DNA of 64,000 nt, taken from the sequence record SRR16203515_705, one strand, 5' to 3'. Position numbers and translations under genes: made by a program. A model generated the notes under the pieces. That model was given only the letters and a program-made list of their open reading frames with translations, had not been told where the DNA came from and searched no databases. Shown here in pieces: positions 11,068 through 23,090 of this stretch. The first letter of the stretch is position 1, and the number at the start of each line of letters is the position of its first letter.

Positions 11068-11266
11068 TACTTTCTCCTATCTGCCGACGAGGTGATGCAT
11101 TATTCTTTCACCTGAAGGACGAATTTCATTTCCAGATCGGCAACGCCGATACCCTCTCATGATAACCGCTTTTAAAAAGCGTGGGAATACTCTGATTTTC
11201 AAAAGAAAACCGAGCAGTAAACCTAGGATGCGGCTGAAAATTTACGCTCCGCCCCAATATCCCTTC

Positions 11267-11647
11267 TCAGCGATACATTTCTTTTGGATCTTTAAGCACT
11301 GGATCGACAGTTTCCCATTGATCGTCTTTGAGCCGCTGATAAAAACAACTATGCCGGCCGGTGTGGCACGCGATACCGCCTTCCTGATCGATTTGCATCA
11401 GAATCACATCGCGGTCACAGTCCAATCGAATTTCACTGATTCTTTGCACATTGCCAGACTCCTCTCCCTTTCGCCACAGTTTTGCCCTGGAACGAGACCA
11501 ATAAACCCCTCGACCGGTTCGAGCCGTTTCTAGCAAGGCCTCTCGATTCATCCATGCAACCATCAACACACGACCACTCTTTGCTTCTTGGGCGATGGCG
11601 GGCACAAGTCCATCGTCTGTCCACTTAATTTGATCTAGCCAGTCCAT
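11267..11647 (-). CDS. hisI: Phosphoribosyl-AMP cyclohydrolase (monofunctional)
   Basis: 126 aa; [29 protein letters not shown]; no HisE domain. Confidence 0.95.
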   Translation of the reverse strand: MDWLDQIKWTDDGLVPAIAQEAKSGRVLMVAWMNREALLETARTGRGVYWSRSRAKLWRKGEESGNVQRISEIRLDCDRDVILMQIDQEGGIACHTGRHSCFYQRLKDDQWETVDPVLKDPKEMYR

Positions 11648-11666
11648 ATCAATTCCTTACTTAACA

Positions 11667-12425
11667 TTAAAGATTCACCTCAATCCCACGCTCACTCATA
11701 TGAGTCTTTGCTTCCCGAATTGTATACTCGCCAAAATGAAAAATGCTCGCTGCAAGTACCGCATCCGCACCCCCCGTGAGCACCCCCTGAGCAAGATGCT
11801 CAAGCGTACCCACACCGCCTGAGGCAATTACGGGAATCGGCACTGCATCACTTACCGTCCGAGTCAGTTCGAGATCAAATCCATCCTTGGTCCCATCGCG
11901 ATCCATGCTGGTCAGGAGGATCTCTCCTGCCCCACGGCGAGCCATCTCCACCGACCATTCACGCGCGTCAATCCCGGTTGTTTTTCGGCCACCATGGGTA
12001 AACACTTCCCAATGGTTACCACAGCGCTTCGCATCGATGGCAACGACAATACATTGCGCACCAAAATACTGGCTTGCCTCGCTGACCAAGTCAGGGCGAT
12101 CAATCGCAGCTGTGTTTATGGAAACCTTATCAGCGCCCGCGAGCAACAATCGATGAATATCATCAATCTCCCGAATTCCGCCGCCGACGGTCAATGGAAT
12201 AAACACTTCAGCTGCGACTTCACGAACAACATCGATCATGGTGTCTCGGGCGGATGAACTTGCCGTAATGTCCAGAAACGTAATTTCATCCGCCATTTGT
12301 TGGTCATATCGTTTTGCAACAGCAACCGGGTCTCCCGCATCCCTGATATCCACAAACTTGACGCCTTTAACCACCCGACCCTCATCAACATCAAGGCACG
12401 GAATAATTCGAGTTGCCAAGCCCAT
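11667..12425 (-). CDS. hisF: Imidazole glycerol phosphate synthase cyclase subunit
   Basis: [32 protein letters not shown]; start placed at ATG 12425. Confidence 0.97.
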   Translation of the reverse strand: MGLATRIIPCLDVDEGRVVKGVKFVDIRDAGDPVAVAKRYDQQMADEITFLDITASSSARDTMIDVVREVAAEVFIPLTVGGGIREIDDIHRLLLAGADKVSINTAAIDRPDLVSEASQYFGAQCIVVAIDAKRCGNHWEVFTHGGRKTTGIDAREWSVEMARRGAGEILLTSMDRDGTKDGFDLELTRTVSDAVPIPVIASGGVGTLEHLAQGVLTGGADAVLAASIFHFGEYTIREAKTHMSERGIEVNL

Positions 12426-12427
12426 GA

Positions 12428-13174
12428 TCAAATCCGATCTATGCTTTGGCTCATGGCGGCCGCTTGTCCCTCGCGGAAATCCAGGGTGCCTTCATAAATG
12501 GCTCTGCCGGTAATAACGCCTTCGATCCCCGAATTTTCAACCAAGACCAGTCTTCTTATATCCTCAAGATCAGATACACCACCAGATGCAATCACAGGAA
12601 TTTCGATCGCCTTTGCCAGTTCTGCCGTTGCTTCTACATTTACCCCGCTGAGCATTCCATCACGATCAATATCGGTATACACGATCGCGACCACACCATC
12701 AGCTTCAAAATGTTTGGCCATATCGATCACCTTATGGTCAGATGTTTTTAACCAGCCGTCTGTTGCGACCGCGCCGTTCTTAGCATCAAGCCCAACAATA
12801 ATATGGCCAGGAAACTGTTGACAGAGATCACTGACAAACGCGGGGTTGTTTACCGCTTGCGTTCCAATGATTACGTACCGAACGCCCGCATCGAGATAAG
12901 CCTTCACCGTTTCTACATTTCGAATACCGCCACCCACCTGCAGTGGCACGCCTGGATATGCGTTCGCAATCTTTTGAATAATAGATGCGTTCACCGGTCG
13001 ACCCGCTACAGCGCCATCAAGATCCACAAGATGAAGACGCTTTGCGCCTTGGGAGACCCATCGAGCCGCTGCCTGTATTGGATCACTATCGTAAAGAGTC
13101 TCATCCGATAAGTCGCCTCGTCGCAATCGTACACAGCGACCCTCTTTAATATCGATAGCTGGAATGAGAAGCAT
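12428..13174 (-). CDS. hisA: ProFAR isomerase
   Basis: [37 protein letters not shown]. Confidence 0.97.
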   Translation of the reverse strand: MLLIPAIDIKEGRCVRLRRGDLSDETLYDSDPIQAAARWVSQGAKRLHLVDLDGAVAGRPVNASIIQKIANAYPGVPLQVGGGIRNVETVKAYLDAGVRYVIIGTQAVNNPAFVSDLCQQFPGHIIVGLDAKNGAVATDGWLKTSDHKVIDMAKHFEADGVVAIVYTDIDRDGMLSGVNVEATAELAKAIEIPVIASGGVSDLEDIRRLVLVENSGIEGVITGRAIYEGTLDFREGQAAAMSQSIDRI

Positions 13175-13262
13175 AAAAATAAAGCCTTCGAATTTTTAAT
13201 GTAGGGATTAATCCTGCACAACCAGAATGACCGCTGTGCGCTGACTTTTACCTAGATTGCAT

Positions 13263-13901
13263 TCAAGAATCACCGTCCCAACAAACAAAATTTTCGAGCA
13301 ATTTCAAACCTTGCTCATGACTCTTTTCCGGATGAAACTGGACAGCAAAAATATTCGCTCGGGCAATCGCACTCACGAATTCACCTCCATAATCACTTGT
13401 TGCTGCAACAGACGATGACTCCGTTGCGAGCGCGTAATAGCTATGAACAAAATAAAATCGGGAATCCTGCGAAATGCCCCTCCAGACCGGATGATTACTG
13501 CTTTGCCGAACATTGTTCCAGCCCATGTGAGGCACCTTTAACTGCGGCTTGCGATCCACAGATCGGCAAAAACGGCGAACCTCACCATCAAAAAGACCGA
13601 ATCCCTCACATCCACCGTCCTCTTCACTACGATTAAATAAAGCCTGCATACCGACACAAATACCTAACACCGGCTTTGACGAGAGGACGCTCAACACGGG
13701 GTTACGAAACTGACGTTCATCGAGCGCCTTGAACCAGGAGCCAATTGCGCCCTGCCCTGGAAGGACAACCCGATCCGCTTTTTCGAGACGCAATAAATCT
13801 GAGGTCACCTCGACGTGAGCAGAAGGCGCTACTTTTTCAAACGCTTTGGCAACGGAATGCAAATTACCGGTGCCCAGATCAACAACCACAATGCGGTGCA
13901 T
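13263..13901 (-). CDS. hisH: IGP synthase glutamine amidotransferase subunit
   Basis: GNLHSV, GICVGMQ, PHMGWN, YFVHSY, QFHPEKS. Confidence 0.97.
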   Translation of the reverse strand: MHRIVVVDLGTGNLHSVAKAFEKVAPSAHVEVTSDLLRLEKADRVVLPGQGAIGSWFKALDERQFRNPVLSVLSSKPVLGICVGMQALFNRSEEDGGCEGFGLFDGEVRRFCRSVDRKPQLKVPHMGWNNVRQSSNHPVWRGISQDSRFYFVHSYYALATESSSVAATSDYGGEFVSAIARANIFAVQFHPEKSHEQGLKLLENFVCWDGDS

Positions 13902-14501
13902 CTATCCCTGCAAAGACCCTTTCGTGGAGGGGACTGATCCACCCAATCTTGTATCTAACGTTAACGCCATTCTCAAAGCCCGCCCAAATGCTTTGAATAT
14001 CGTTTCAGCCACATGGTGCGTGTTTTGACCCCTCAGGGAATCAATATGAAGGGTGACGTGCGCATGATTACAAAAACCTTGAAAAAACTCATGGAACAAA
14101 TCGACATCAAAATCCCCAACTCTTGCGCGCGGCCAACTGACGGCAAATTCAAGACCCGGGCGCCCCGAGAAATCAGTCACAACCCGACTCAATGCCTCAT
14201 CCAGTGGCACATAAGCGTGCCCATAACGACTGATGCCGCGCGGCTCGCCAACGGCTTGTGTAATTGCCTGACCGAATGAGATGCCGACATCTTCAACGGT
14301 GTGATGTGCATCGACAGCAAGATCACCTTTTGCTTTGATTTCCAAATCAATCAGGCTATGACGAGCAATCTGCTCGAGCATATGATCAAAAAAAGGTAAG
14401 CCGGTATCAAGCTTCGCCGACCCGCTGCCGTCGACATCAAGAGCAACATAAATATCGGTCTCGCGGGTCGTGCGGGTTATTTCTGATGTGCGACTCGACA
14501 T
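13902..14501 (-). CDS. hisB: Imidazoleglycerol-phosphate dehydratase (monofunctional)
   Basis: [20 protein letters not shown]. Confidence 0.97.
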   Translation of the reverse strand: MSSRTSEITRTTRETDIYVALDVDGSGSAKLDTGLPFFDHMLEQIARHSLIDLEIKAKGDLAVDAHHTVEDVGISFGQAITQAVGEPRGISRYGHAYVPLDEALSRVVTDFSGRPGLEFAVSWPRARVGDFDVDLFHEFFQGFCNHAHVTLHIDSLRGQNTHHVAETIFKAFGRALRMALTLDTRLGGSVPSTKGSLQG

Positions 14502-14617
14502 AAGATACCTTCCAAAAGAATCAAGCTAAATTTTAACCCAGAGATTGGCGGCGAATTGTAACAAACAAGCGGCTCTAGATTGAATTAGGCCTTTATTTCA
14601 TGGCGATTACTGGAGAA

Positions 14618-15700
14618 TCACCCTAACGCGTCATTCAGCGCATCTACAAAAGCGGCGTTCTCAAGAGGCGTGCTTACGGTAACGCGCAAACTATCCGTCA
14701 GTAATGGGTGGGCGCCGTTCAGGTTTTTAACTAAAACACCCTGACGCTGAAGATCAGTGTGCACCGAATCACCGGCGCCCGCCGGGACTCGAAACAAAAT
14801 GAAGTTTGCCGCGCTTGGGTACGCTGTTATCCCAGATATCTTTTTCAGTGATTCAAAAAGCGTGGCTCTTGCTTCGCAAATTAATCTCGATTTTTCATCA
14901 AACCAGTCAATATGCCGAAGCGCGAATTCGACGCTCACTTGCGTCATTGAATTAATATTGTAAGGTAACCGAACTTTATTTAACGTTTCAATGACATCAC
15001 GGTGGCCCGACAAAAACCCTAATCGCAAGCCAGCAAGTCCCAATTTAGAGAGTGTTCGCATAACCACCACATTGTCATAGGCAGGCGCTTGATCCAAGAA
15101 ACTTTGACCACTAAATGCATGATAGGCCTCATCAACAACTACAATTCCCGAGCACCTTTTTGCAATCTGATCGATGGCATCGTGCGTGCAGACATTTCCG
15201 GTTGGGTTGTTTGGATTAGCAAGAAAAACGCAGCAAGGATCATGTTTGTCAATCGCATCAAGCAGGGCATCCGTGTCAATCGAAAAATCATGATTTCGAG
15301 ATGTCCCAACATAGTCTGAGCCGGTAATCGCCGCAATCACCCGATACATTGAAAAACTCGGCTCAGGTGCCAACATCGTCCGTCCTGAACCCCCGATTGT
15401 CATCGACACCATCTGAATCAGTTCATCCGACCCATTGCCGAGTAATATGTCGAGCGGCCTCGGCACCTCAAAAACCTGGCGGAGAGTCTTTGCCAGTCCC
15501 AATGCTTGCCCGTCGGGGTAGCGATTCAGCGAAACATGGCGTAATTCTTCAAGCCAAGCATCTTTGAGTTCACGATCCCAAACATATGGATTCTCCATTG
15601 CATCAAGCTTGACCAATCCTTCTGCTGGCGCAACCGCGTAGGCACTTAAATTCTGAATCTGTGGGTGCGCCCAACGCTTGATCACCGAGTCGCTAGTCAT
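14618..15700 (-). CDS. hisC: Histidinol-phosphate aminotransferase
   Basis: KLDAMENP, GNGSDE, NPNNPTG, DEAY, RTLSKLGLAGLRLG. Confidence 0.96.
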   Translation of the reverse strand: MTSDSVIKRWAHPQIQNLSAYAVAPAEGLVKLDAMENPYVWDRELKDAWLEELRHVSLNRYPDGQALGLAKTLRQVFEVPRPLDILLGNGSDELIQMVSMTIGGSGRTMLAPEPSFSMYRVIAAITGSDYVGTSRNHDFSIDTDALLDAIDKHDPCCVFLANPNNPTGNVCTHDAIDQIAKRCSGIVVVDEAYHAFSGQSFLDQAPAYDNVVVMRTLSKLGLAGLRLGFLSGHRDVIETLNKVRLPYNINSMTQVSVEFALRHIDWFDEKSRLICEARATLFESLKKISGITAYPSAANFILFRVPAGAGDSVHTDLQRQGVLVKNLNGAHPLLTDSLRVTVSTPLENAAFVDALNDALG

Positions 15701-17018
15701 CTGAATTTACCTTCTGTCGATACCCGCGAAACTCGGCTGATCGCGCATGGGCCGTTAAGCCTTCAGCTCGCGCAATCAAACTGGCGATACGGGAGAGCGT
15801 CGCGGCACCTGCTCGCGAGCAATCAACAACACTCGATCGCTTTTGAAAATCATAAACACCCAAAGGAGAGCTGAAACGCGCAGTTCCCGAAGTCGGAAGC
15901 ACGTGATTGGGGCCCGCACAGTAATCCCCAAGGGACTCTGCGCTGTAGTAGCCACAAAAAATTGCACCCGCATGCCGTATTTTTGGAATCCAATCTCGCG
16001 GCGCTTTTATCATCAATTCCAAATGTTCTGGCGCGATTTTATTTGCTACTGAAATTGCTTCGCTAATAGAGTCGACCTCGATCAGCGCGCCATAATCAGA
16101 TAATGCCTGCTCGATGATTGACCTGCGCTCCATTGTGGGCAGTAAACGATTGATGGCCTGGCTCACCTGAACCCGAATTTCACGCCCGACACAAATCGCA
16201 ATGGATTGCGCCTGCTCATCGTGTTCGGCTTGAGCAAAAAGATCCATCGCTACCCAGTCTGGATCTGCCCCTGCATCACAGATCACAAGCACCTCTGAAG
16301 GACCCGCGATCATATCAATCCCGACCAACCCAAAGACCTGTTTTTTTGCAGTAGCAACGTATTGATTACCCGGACCCACAATCTTATCCACTTTGGGTAC
16401 CGTTTCCGTTCCGTGAGTCAGCGCTGCTACCGCCTGCGCACCGCCGATTCGAAAAACACGGTCAACACCCACGATATCTGCACTCGCAAGGACCGTTTCA
16501 TTAATCCGACCATTTGGCGTGGGAACCACCATGACAACCTCTTCCACCCCGGCGACTTTCGCCGGAATCACATTCATCAACACTGATGACGGATAAGAAG
16601 CCTTCCCTCCAGGGACATAGACCCCTACCCGATCCAAAGGATTTACCTGTTGACCATACCGGCTACCATCCGATCGCTCGCGTTGCCACGAGCTTTCTTT
16701 TTGCGCTTCATGAAACTCCCGAATTCGATCCGCAGCCTCTAGAAGGGCCGTTTCGAGATCTGGATCAATACTTTGACGTGCTACCGCCCAGCGAGATTTT
16801 GGAATCTCTAGATCGTCACCCATTAACGCTGAAAATTGATCAAACTGGCGCGTAAACTCAAGTAACGCTTGATCTCCTCCAAGACGCACTTGATCAATGA
16901 TCCCACGGACTGTTTCGTCAACTTCCGCGCTTGATTCAGTCTGACGATCTAGAAGATTTGATAGAGTGCGATCAAAATTTTTATCCCTGATCGTAAGTTG
17001 CTTTATTTCAGTTGACAT
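15693..17018 (-). CDS. hisD: Histidinol dehydrogenase
   Basis: YVPGGKASYPS, IDMIAGPSE, AQAEHD, APEHLEL, GPNHVLPT. Confidence 0.97.
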   Translation of the reverse strand: MSTEIKQLTIRDKNFDRTLSNLLDRQTESSAEVDETVRGIIDQVRLGGDQALLEFTRQFDQFSALMGDDLEIPKSRWAVARQSIDPDLETALLEAADRIREFHEAQKESSWQRERSDGSRYGQQVNPLDRVGVYVPGGKASYPSSVLMNVIPAKVAGVEEVVMVVPTPNGRINETVLASADIVGVDRVFRIGGAQAVAALTHGTETVPKVDKIVGPGNQYVATAKKQVFGLVGIDMIAGPSEVLVICDAGADPDWVAMDLFAQAEHDEQAQSIAICVGREIRVQVSQAINRLLPTMERRSIIEQALSDYGALIEVDSISEAISVANKIAPEHLELMIKAPRDWIPKIRHAGAIFCGYYSAESLGDYCAGPNHVLPTSGTARFSSPLGVYDFQKRSSVVDCSRAGAATLSRIASLIARAEGLTAHARSAEFRGYRQKVNSDD

Positions 17019-17072
17019 TGAATTAATGAGTTGTCCGTTAACTGTGGCGTTTTAAAAAACGAATAAAATCAG

Positions 17073-18404
<1,332 letters not shown>

Positions 18405-18431
18405 TTAAGGCGGCAAGCGCTTAAGTTTACC

Positions 18432-18478
18432 CGACTAAAAGAAAAAGGCGCCCAAAAGGCGCCTTTTTCTTTTAGTCG
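18432..18478. terminator. 21-bp perfect inverted repeat, probably a bidirectional terminator after grxD
   Basis: CGACTAAAAGAAAAAGGCGCC-CAAAA-GGCGCCTTTTTCTTTTAGTCG. Confidence 0.8.
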
Positions 18479-18487
18479 AAAGCGTCA

Positions 18488-18805
18488 TCAAGACCCAGAT
18501 TTCGCATCCAATTTGGTCTTGAGTTCTCCATTTTGATACATCTCCATCATGATATCGCTACCGCCAACAAATTCCCCGTCAATATAGAGTTGTGGAATGG
18601 TAGGCCAATTGGAATAATCTTTGATCCCTTGACGGATCTCATCGTCAGTCAGGACATCGGCTGTCTCGAATTCAGTGCCCAGTGCCTGAAGAATTTGAAT
18701 CGCCCTCCCTGAAAATCCACACTGTGGGAAGTCTCGATTACCTTTCATAAAAAGCACCACCCGGTTCGCTTCCACTTTGTCTTTGATTCGCTGGTTAGTA
18801 TCCAT
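18488..18805 (-). CDS. grxD: Monothiol glutaredoxin Grx4
   Basis: PQCGFS, WPTIPQLY, GGSDI. Confidence 0.96.
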   Translation of the reverse strand: MDTNQRIKDKVEANRVVLFMKGNRDFPQCGFSGRAIQILQALGTEFETADVLTDDEIRQGIKDYSNWPTIPQLYIDGEFVGGSDIMMEMYQNGELKTKLDAKSGS

Positions 18806-18855
18806 AATATTTATCTCGTCGTTATTCCTTGTTTTAATAAGCCCACGAAAACGCC

Positions 18856-19092
18856 CTATTGCGCGTTTTTCTCTTTCGTCGTTAGCGTGCGCATCGACAG
18901 CGCATGAATCTGTGCTTTCATCCGATCGCCTAAGGCGCCGTACACCATTTGATGCTGCTGGATTCGATTTTTCCCTTCGAACCCATCACAAATTATCTCC
19001 GCTTCGAAATGGTGTCCATCGCCCGTGATTTCAACCCTCGCGCCTTCCAGATTTTCCTCAATCCAGCCCTTTATGTCTTCTGGTGTCACCAT
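18856..19092 (-). CDS. ibaG: BolA/IbaG family protein
   Basis: GDGHHF, QHQMVY, IHAL; located between mlaC and murA. Confidence 0.85.
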   Translation of the reverse strand: MVTPEDIKGWIEENLEGARVEITGDGHHFEAEIICDGFEGKNRIQQHQMVYGALGDRMKAQIHALSMRTLTTKEKNAQ

Positions 19093-19133
19093 CGCGTCAT
19101 CCTTTTTTCACCTGTCGCGTTAAATGCCAATGC

Positions 19134-19775
19134 TCAATTAACTTCCGCAGTCTTTGCTTCTAGGGACTCTATCAGTGCATCCAACCCATTATTCGCAATA
19201 AATTCACCGTATTGGTTTCGATAGCTAATAATTAAACTGATGCCATCGATCTGGATATCGTAGATCTGCCAGCCTGCATCTGCGTCTCTCAAGCAATAAT
19301 AATCAACCTCAACTGATTGTTGTCCAGCCAGGACTAATTCCGAAGGCACTACCGAGATCCGCCCACCGCCACGCACACTGACCTCTCCAAAGCGCATTTC
19401 CTGCTCGCCAGTGTACTCAAACATCGCGCTCGCATAACTCCGCATAATAAGGTCTTTGAAGCTTTCAGAAAAACGCTGGCGCTGAGTCTCACTGGCACTC
19501 TTGGCATAATCGCCCAAAATCAGTCGCGACACTCTGTCGAGGGCGACTCGCGGCACCACAATTCTGTCAACGAGTTCATAAAGCGCGAGACGGTCTGCCT
19601 CTAACTCTGCCCGACGGCTTTCGAGCTCGGCAACGACCTCATTGACGGTATCGCGAATCATCTCATCGGCACTTTTCTCAGCCCACACGAGATTTATCGA
19701 CCCGAGCAAAAGCCCAATAGCCAACATTATTTTGGTGGCCCTGTAACGACGGTGCAAGGTTTTGGAACGCGACAT
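19134..19775 (-). CDS. mlaC: MlaC/Ttg2D periplasmic lipid-binding protein
   Basis: Signal peptide, SRLILG, WQIYDIQIDGISLIISYRNQY, GLDALI. Start uncertain (19727-19835). Confidence 0.88.
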   Translation of the reverse strand: MSRSKTLHRRYRATKIMLAIGLLLGSINLVWAEKSADEMIRDTVNEVVAELESRRAELEADRLALYELVDRIVVPRVALDRVSRLILGDYAKSASETQRQRFSESFKDLIMRSYASAMFEYTGEQEMRFGEVSVRGGGRISVVPSELVLAGQQSVEVDYYCLRDADAGWQIYDIQIDGISLIISYRNQYGEFIANNGLDALIESLEAKTAEVN

Positions 19776-19831
19776 GTAATCGGGGCTTTTCGAAATATCC
19801 AGAGCTGTATTCTCCAGAATTAACCCGCTAA

Positions 19832-22327
19832 TCACAAATGGTGATTTTCTGTCGTTACGCCAAACGGACGGGTCAGCAAGATAAGCTGGGGCAATAAGGT
19901 AAGAGAAGCAAAAAGGGCGATGGCCATTCCGAGCGCGGTTAAAAGGCCGAAAAAGATTGTCGGTAAAAAATTAGATAACACCAAAATTGAAAACCCTACA
20001 ATTATAGTGGTAGCTGTGTAAAAAATTGCCCGGCCAATGTTGGCGTGGCAATAATGGAGTGTCGCCACGTAGTCACCGAGACGTGGCAACTCGGTTCTGA
20101 ATCGATACAGATAATGAATACTGTTGTCCACCGCGATTCCAAGCGTAATTGACGCGATCGTAATCGTCATCATATCCATCGGGATCTTCAACCACCCCAT
20201 CAAACCCAGAATGATTGATGCAGCCAATATATTAGGGACCACGCCAATCAAAGCTAGTTTGATTGATCGAAACAACACAAGCAACATGACCGCGATTCCC
20301 AGCATCACCACGCCCAAACTTTTAATTTGAGAATCAAAAAGGCTCTGAAGCATATTGTTGTATAGAACAACAAGTCCTGAGATCTGAAAATTCTGAGACT
20401 TAAGATCAAGCTCTTTTTCTAACCCCGCCTGAATTTCTTTCAGTAGATCATTGCGCCTCAGGTTTGGTAATGAATCTTTCACTCGGGCCGATAGTCTGAC
20501 TTCATTTCTCTCGATTGATACATAAGGCGTAAGCAAGGCCGCTTTTAAATCAGCAGGCATCCGCTTGTACAGAACGGCCAGCTCAAACGCATCAAACGTC
20601 TGCTGGCTAATTGATTCCCCCACTCGAATCAACGATGCCAATGAGAGCACCTGCCCCACCCCATATTGACGCTGGAGAAAATCGTGAACCGCCGACACCG
20701 TCTCTATTTTTTGCGGCGTAAACCAATAATCGACCGGATCTCCCTGTGACACGCTCCCCAGCAACAAGTCCAGCTCGTCATCTTGATCATCTTGTGCTGT
20801 ATTAATCGACGGCTCAGAATCAAACCGAATCAAGACCTCGAGTGGAGTGGTTCCCCCTAACTCGCGATCGATGAGTTTAAGGCCCTGATAGATCTCTGTT
20901 CCTTTGCCAAAATAATTTATAAAACTATTCTCAACCTGTAATTTCGAAATTCCAACTGCGCCGAATATTCCAAGCAACAGCGAGACAGAAATCACTGACC
21001 GGCCATGTTTCGCCGAGAGGTGGGAAAGCCATCCGGTGACCCATGTACCCGGCGACTGGCGGGTGGCCGTGACCGCAGGCTTTTGTAATACCGCAGCTGC
21101 CGTAGGGAAAAAAAGGAACGAAACAAGAAATGTCACCAATAATCCGATCGACATCATCCAGCCAAAATCAATCACGGGCTTAATGCTGCTCAACACCAGG
21201 GAGCCGAACGCTAAAACGGTGGTTAATGCTGTATAGAAACAAGGCCAAACCATCTTTCGCATCGTGACCCACAATGTCTCCTGATATGACCAGGCTGGAT
21301 TTTCAGCTGCGAGCTGTCGATAACGAACGACGAGATGGACATTCATCGACATCGTCAGAATCAACATCAGAGAAATAAAATTCGAGGAGATAACCGTCAC
21401 TTGCCAGCCCGCCATCCCGAGCAGACCAATCATTATCATTCCTGCATACGCGCAGCTGGCTAATGGCAAAACGACCCACCTTACCGATCGAAAAATCACA
21501 GCAAGCATCACAATCAAAAAAATCATGACACCAGCACCAAATTTAATGAGGTCATTTCGAATAAAAGAAATCATGTCATCCGCGATCATTGAAACACCGC
21601 CCAACATGAGATTGCCCATCGGTCGATATTTGTCGATAACCTGACGGATTGCTGCAATCGTTTCATGATTCAACTGATTTACTTCATCTTTAAGGCGCTG
21701 ATACTCCACAGACACTTCATCCAAGCGCAACTGCTGCTCTTCACTGATGCTGCCTTGACTCATTTTGAGAGAAAGTCTGCGCTTTAGATCTTTGACCTGC
21801 TCAAAATCCGAATTGTCGACCAAATTAAGTTGCAGTGCAGTCGTCATTCCGTCAACGCTGACGACAAGCTCGGAAAATACCGGACTATTAATAAGTTCCA
21901 TTCGCGCGCGATCAAAATCAACGTCCGGATCACGCAATGTTCTAAAGTTACCGGCGAGTTCCGTCAAAGATCCTCCACTCTGTGAAAGCAGAGGGACATC
22001 TAAAATCGAATTAACTGACTCAACACCTGGAATTTCAGTTAACTCTGATGCAAGAGACTGCATCTGATCTAAAGTGACGCGATTAAATAAAGGTGCATCC
22101 GGCACAATGGCAACAACCAAAAAGTTTTTTGATCCATATCGATCAGACAGCTCTCGATAGGTCTTGAGGTCCTGATCATCATCCAGCAGAAGCGAATCAG
22201 CTGACGCGTCCAATCTGAAATCTTGGGCGTGCCACGCAAAGCAACCCAAAATCACGAGCAATACAATAAGCAGCGGCCACGGATTTATGAGTACCCACTT
22301 TTTATATTGTTCAATAAAAACGTTCAT
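19832..22327 (-). CDS. MMPL/RND-family transporter
   Basis: Two repeated TM blocks; LDASADSLL, LGGTTPL, GIAVDNSIHY, IIVGFSIL. ATG 22327 overlaps the DUF72 stop. Confidence 0.88.
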   Translation of the reverse strand: MNVFIEQYKKWVLINPWPLLIVLLVILGCFAWHAQDFRLDASADSLLLDDDQDLKTYRELSDRYGSKNFLVVAIVPDAPLFNRVTLDQMQSLASELTEIPGVESVNSILDVPLLSQSGGSLTELAGNFRTLRDPDVDFDRARMELINSPVFSELVVSVDGMTTALQLNLVDNSDFEQVKDLKRRLSLKMSQGSISEEQQLRLDEVSVEYQRLKDEVNQLNHETIAAIRQVIDKYRPMGNLMLGGVSMIADDMISFIRNDLIKFGAGVMIFLIVMLAVIFRSVRWVVLPLASCAYAGMIMIGLLGMAGWQVTVISSNFISLMLILTMSMNVHLVVRYRQLAAENPAWSYQETLWVTMRKMVWPCFYTALTTVLAFGSLVLSSIKPVIDFGWMMSIGLLVTFLVSFLFFPTAAAVLQKPAVTATRQSPGTWVTGWLSHLSAKHGRSVISVSLLLGIFGAVGISKLQVENSFINYFGKGTEIYQGLKLIDRELGGTTPLEVLIRFDSEPSINTAQDDQDDELDLLLGSVSQGDPVDYWFTPQKIETVSAVHDFLQRQYGVGQVLSLASLIRVGESISQQTFDAFELAVLYKRMPADLKAALLTPYVSIERNEVRLSARVKDSLPNLRRNDLLKEIQAGLEKELDLKSQNFQISGLVVLYNNMLQSLFDSQIKSLGVVMLGIAVMLLVLFRSIKLALIGVVPNILAASIILGLMGWLKIPMDMMTITIASITLGIAVDNSIHYLYRFRTELPRLGDYVATLHYCHANIGRAIFYTATTIIVGFSILVLSNFLPTIFFGLLTALGMAIALFASLTLLPQLILLTRPFGVTTENHHL

Positions 22328-22974
22328 ATGCCACCCATAAGATCGGCCAGGATTCGAGCTTGCGCCGCATGATGATAAGCGGAATCTTGATGATTGAAAA
22401 TCAACGCGCACTTCTTGCGGGTAAAACATTTCATATATTCAAGATTCTCACGGATTAGGGGCAATTGTCCCTGGGAAGAGTACACGATCGCAAAGGGACT
22501 CGACTTCATTTCTGGTAATTGATCATCACTACCACTTCGACCGTATTTTTCAGACACATGATCACACCCGAATGTATTGACGCAAACAATCGCGCGTGAG
22601 AGGCCGGTTTGAACATTTTCATACTCATCATGTTTTATCAGTTTAGCTCTGGTGCTCTTACAAATCACAGCATCTAACTGTCCTTCAAAGTGACTCTCAA
22701 ACATTTGAAACTTGCAGCTCAGCTCGTTTGATCGATTTTGGACAAAAAATTTAGAGTCAATTTCCAAAATAAATCGAAAATCAGGATCGGTATCTTCAAC
22801 CCACTGATCGATCGTATCCACGCTGAGTTTGAGCACCTGTTCGGAAGGTACCACGACGGTCCGAAAATGATTGGCGTACCAGGAGAGCTTCCATTCTTCG
22901 GGAAGATCCGAATCGTAAAAGCGCCCATTCCATCTCGGATTCAGCCAACCATAAGTTCCGATTTGAATCGTCAT
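22324..22974 (-). CDS. DUF72-family protein (divergent)
   Basis: IGTYGW...WNGRFYDSDLPEEWKLSWYANHF N-terminal signature; start moved to ATG 22974. Confidence 0.7.
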   Translation of the reverse strand: MTIQIGTYGWLNPRWNGRFYDSDLPEEWKLSWYANHFRTVVVPSEQVLKLSVDTIDQWVEDTDPDFRFILEIDSKFFVQNRSNELSCKFQMFESHFEGQLDAVICKSTRAKLIKHDEYENVQTGLSRAIVCVNTFGCDHVSEKYGRSGSDDQLPEMKSSPFAIVYSSQGQLPLIRENLEYMKCFTRKKCALIFNHQDSAYHHAAQARILADLMGGI

Positions 22975-23090
22975 TGGCAAGGGATATGAAAAACGGGAAT
23001 TAACCTTTATGTTGAGGCGCTTTCCTTTAGAATAACCCGAAACCGTGTACTTTTTATAAGCGTTTAATTGCGTTATCTCAATACTGAAAC

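Noticed and set aside
11159-11533. Plus-strand 124-aa ORF as a possible hisE substitute
   Set aside because: It is largely antisense to hisI and has no HisE-like motif.
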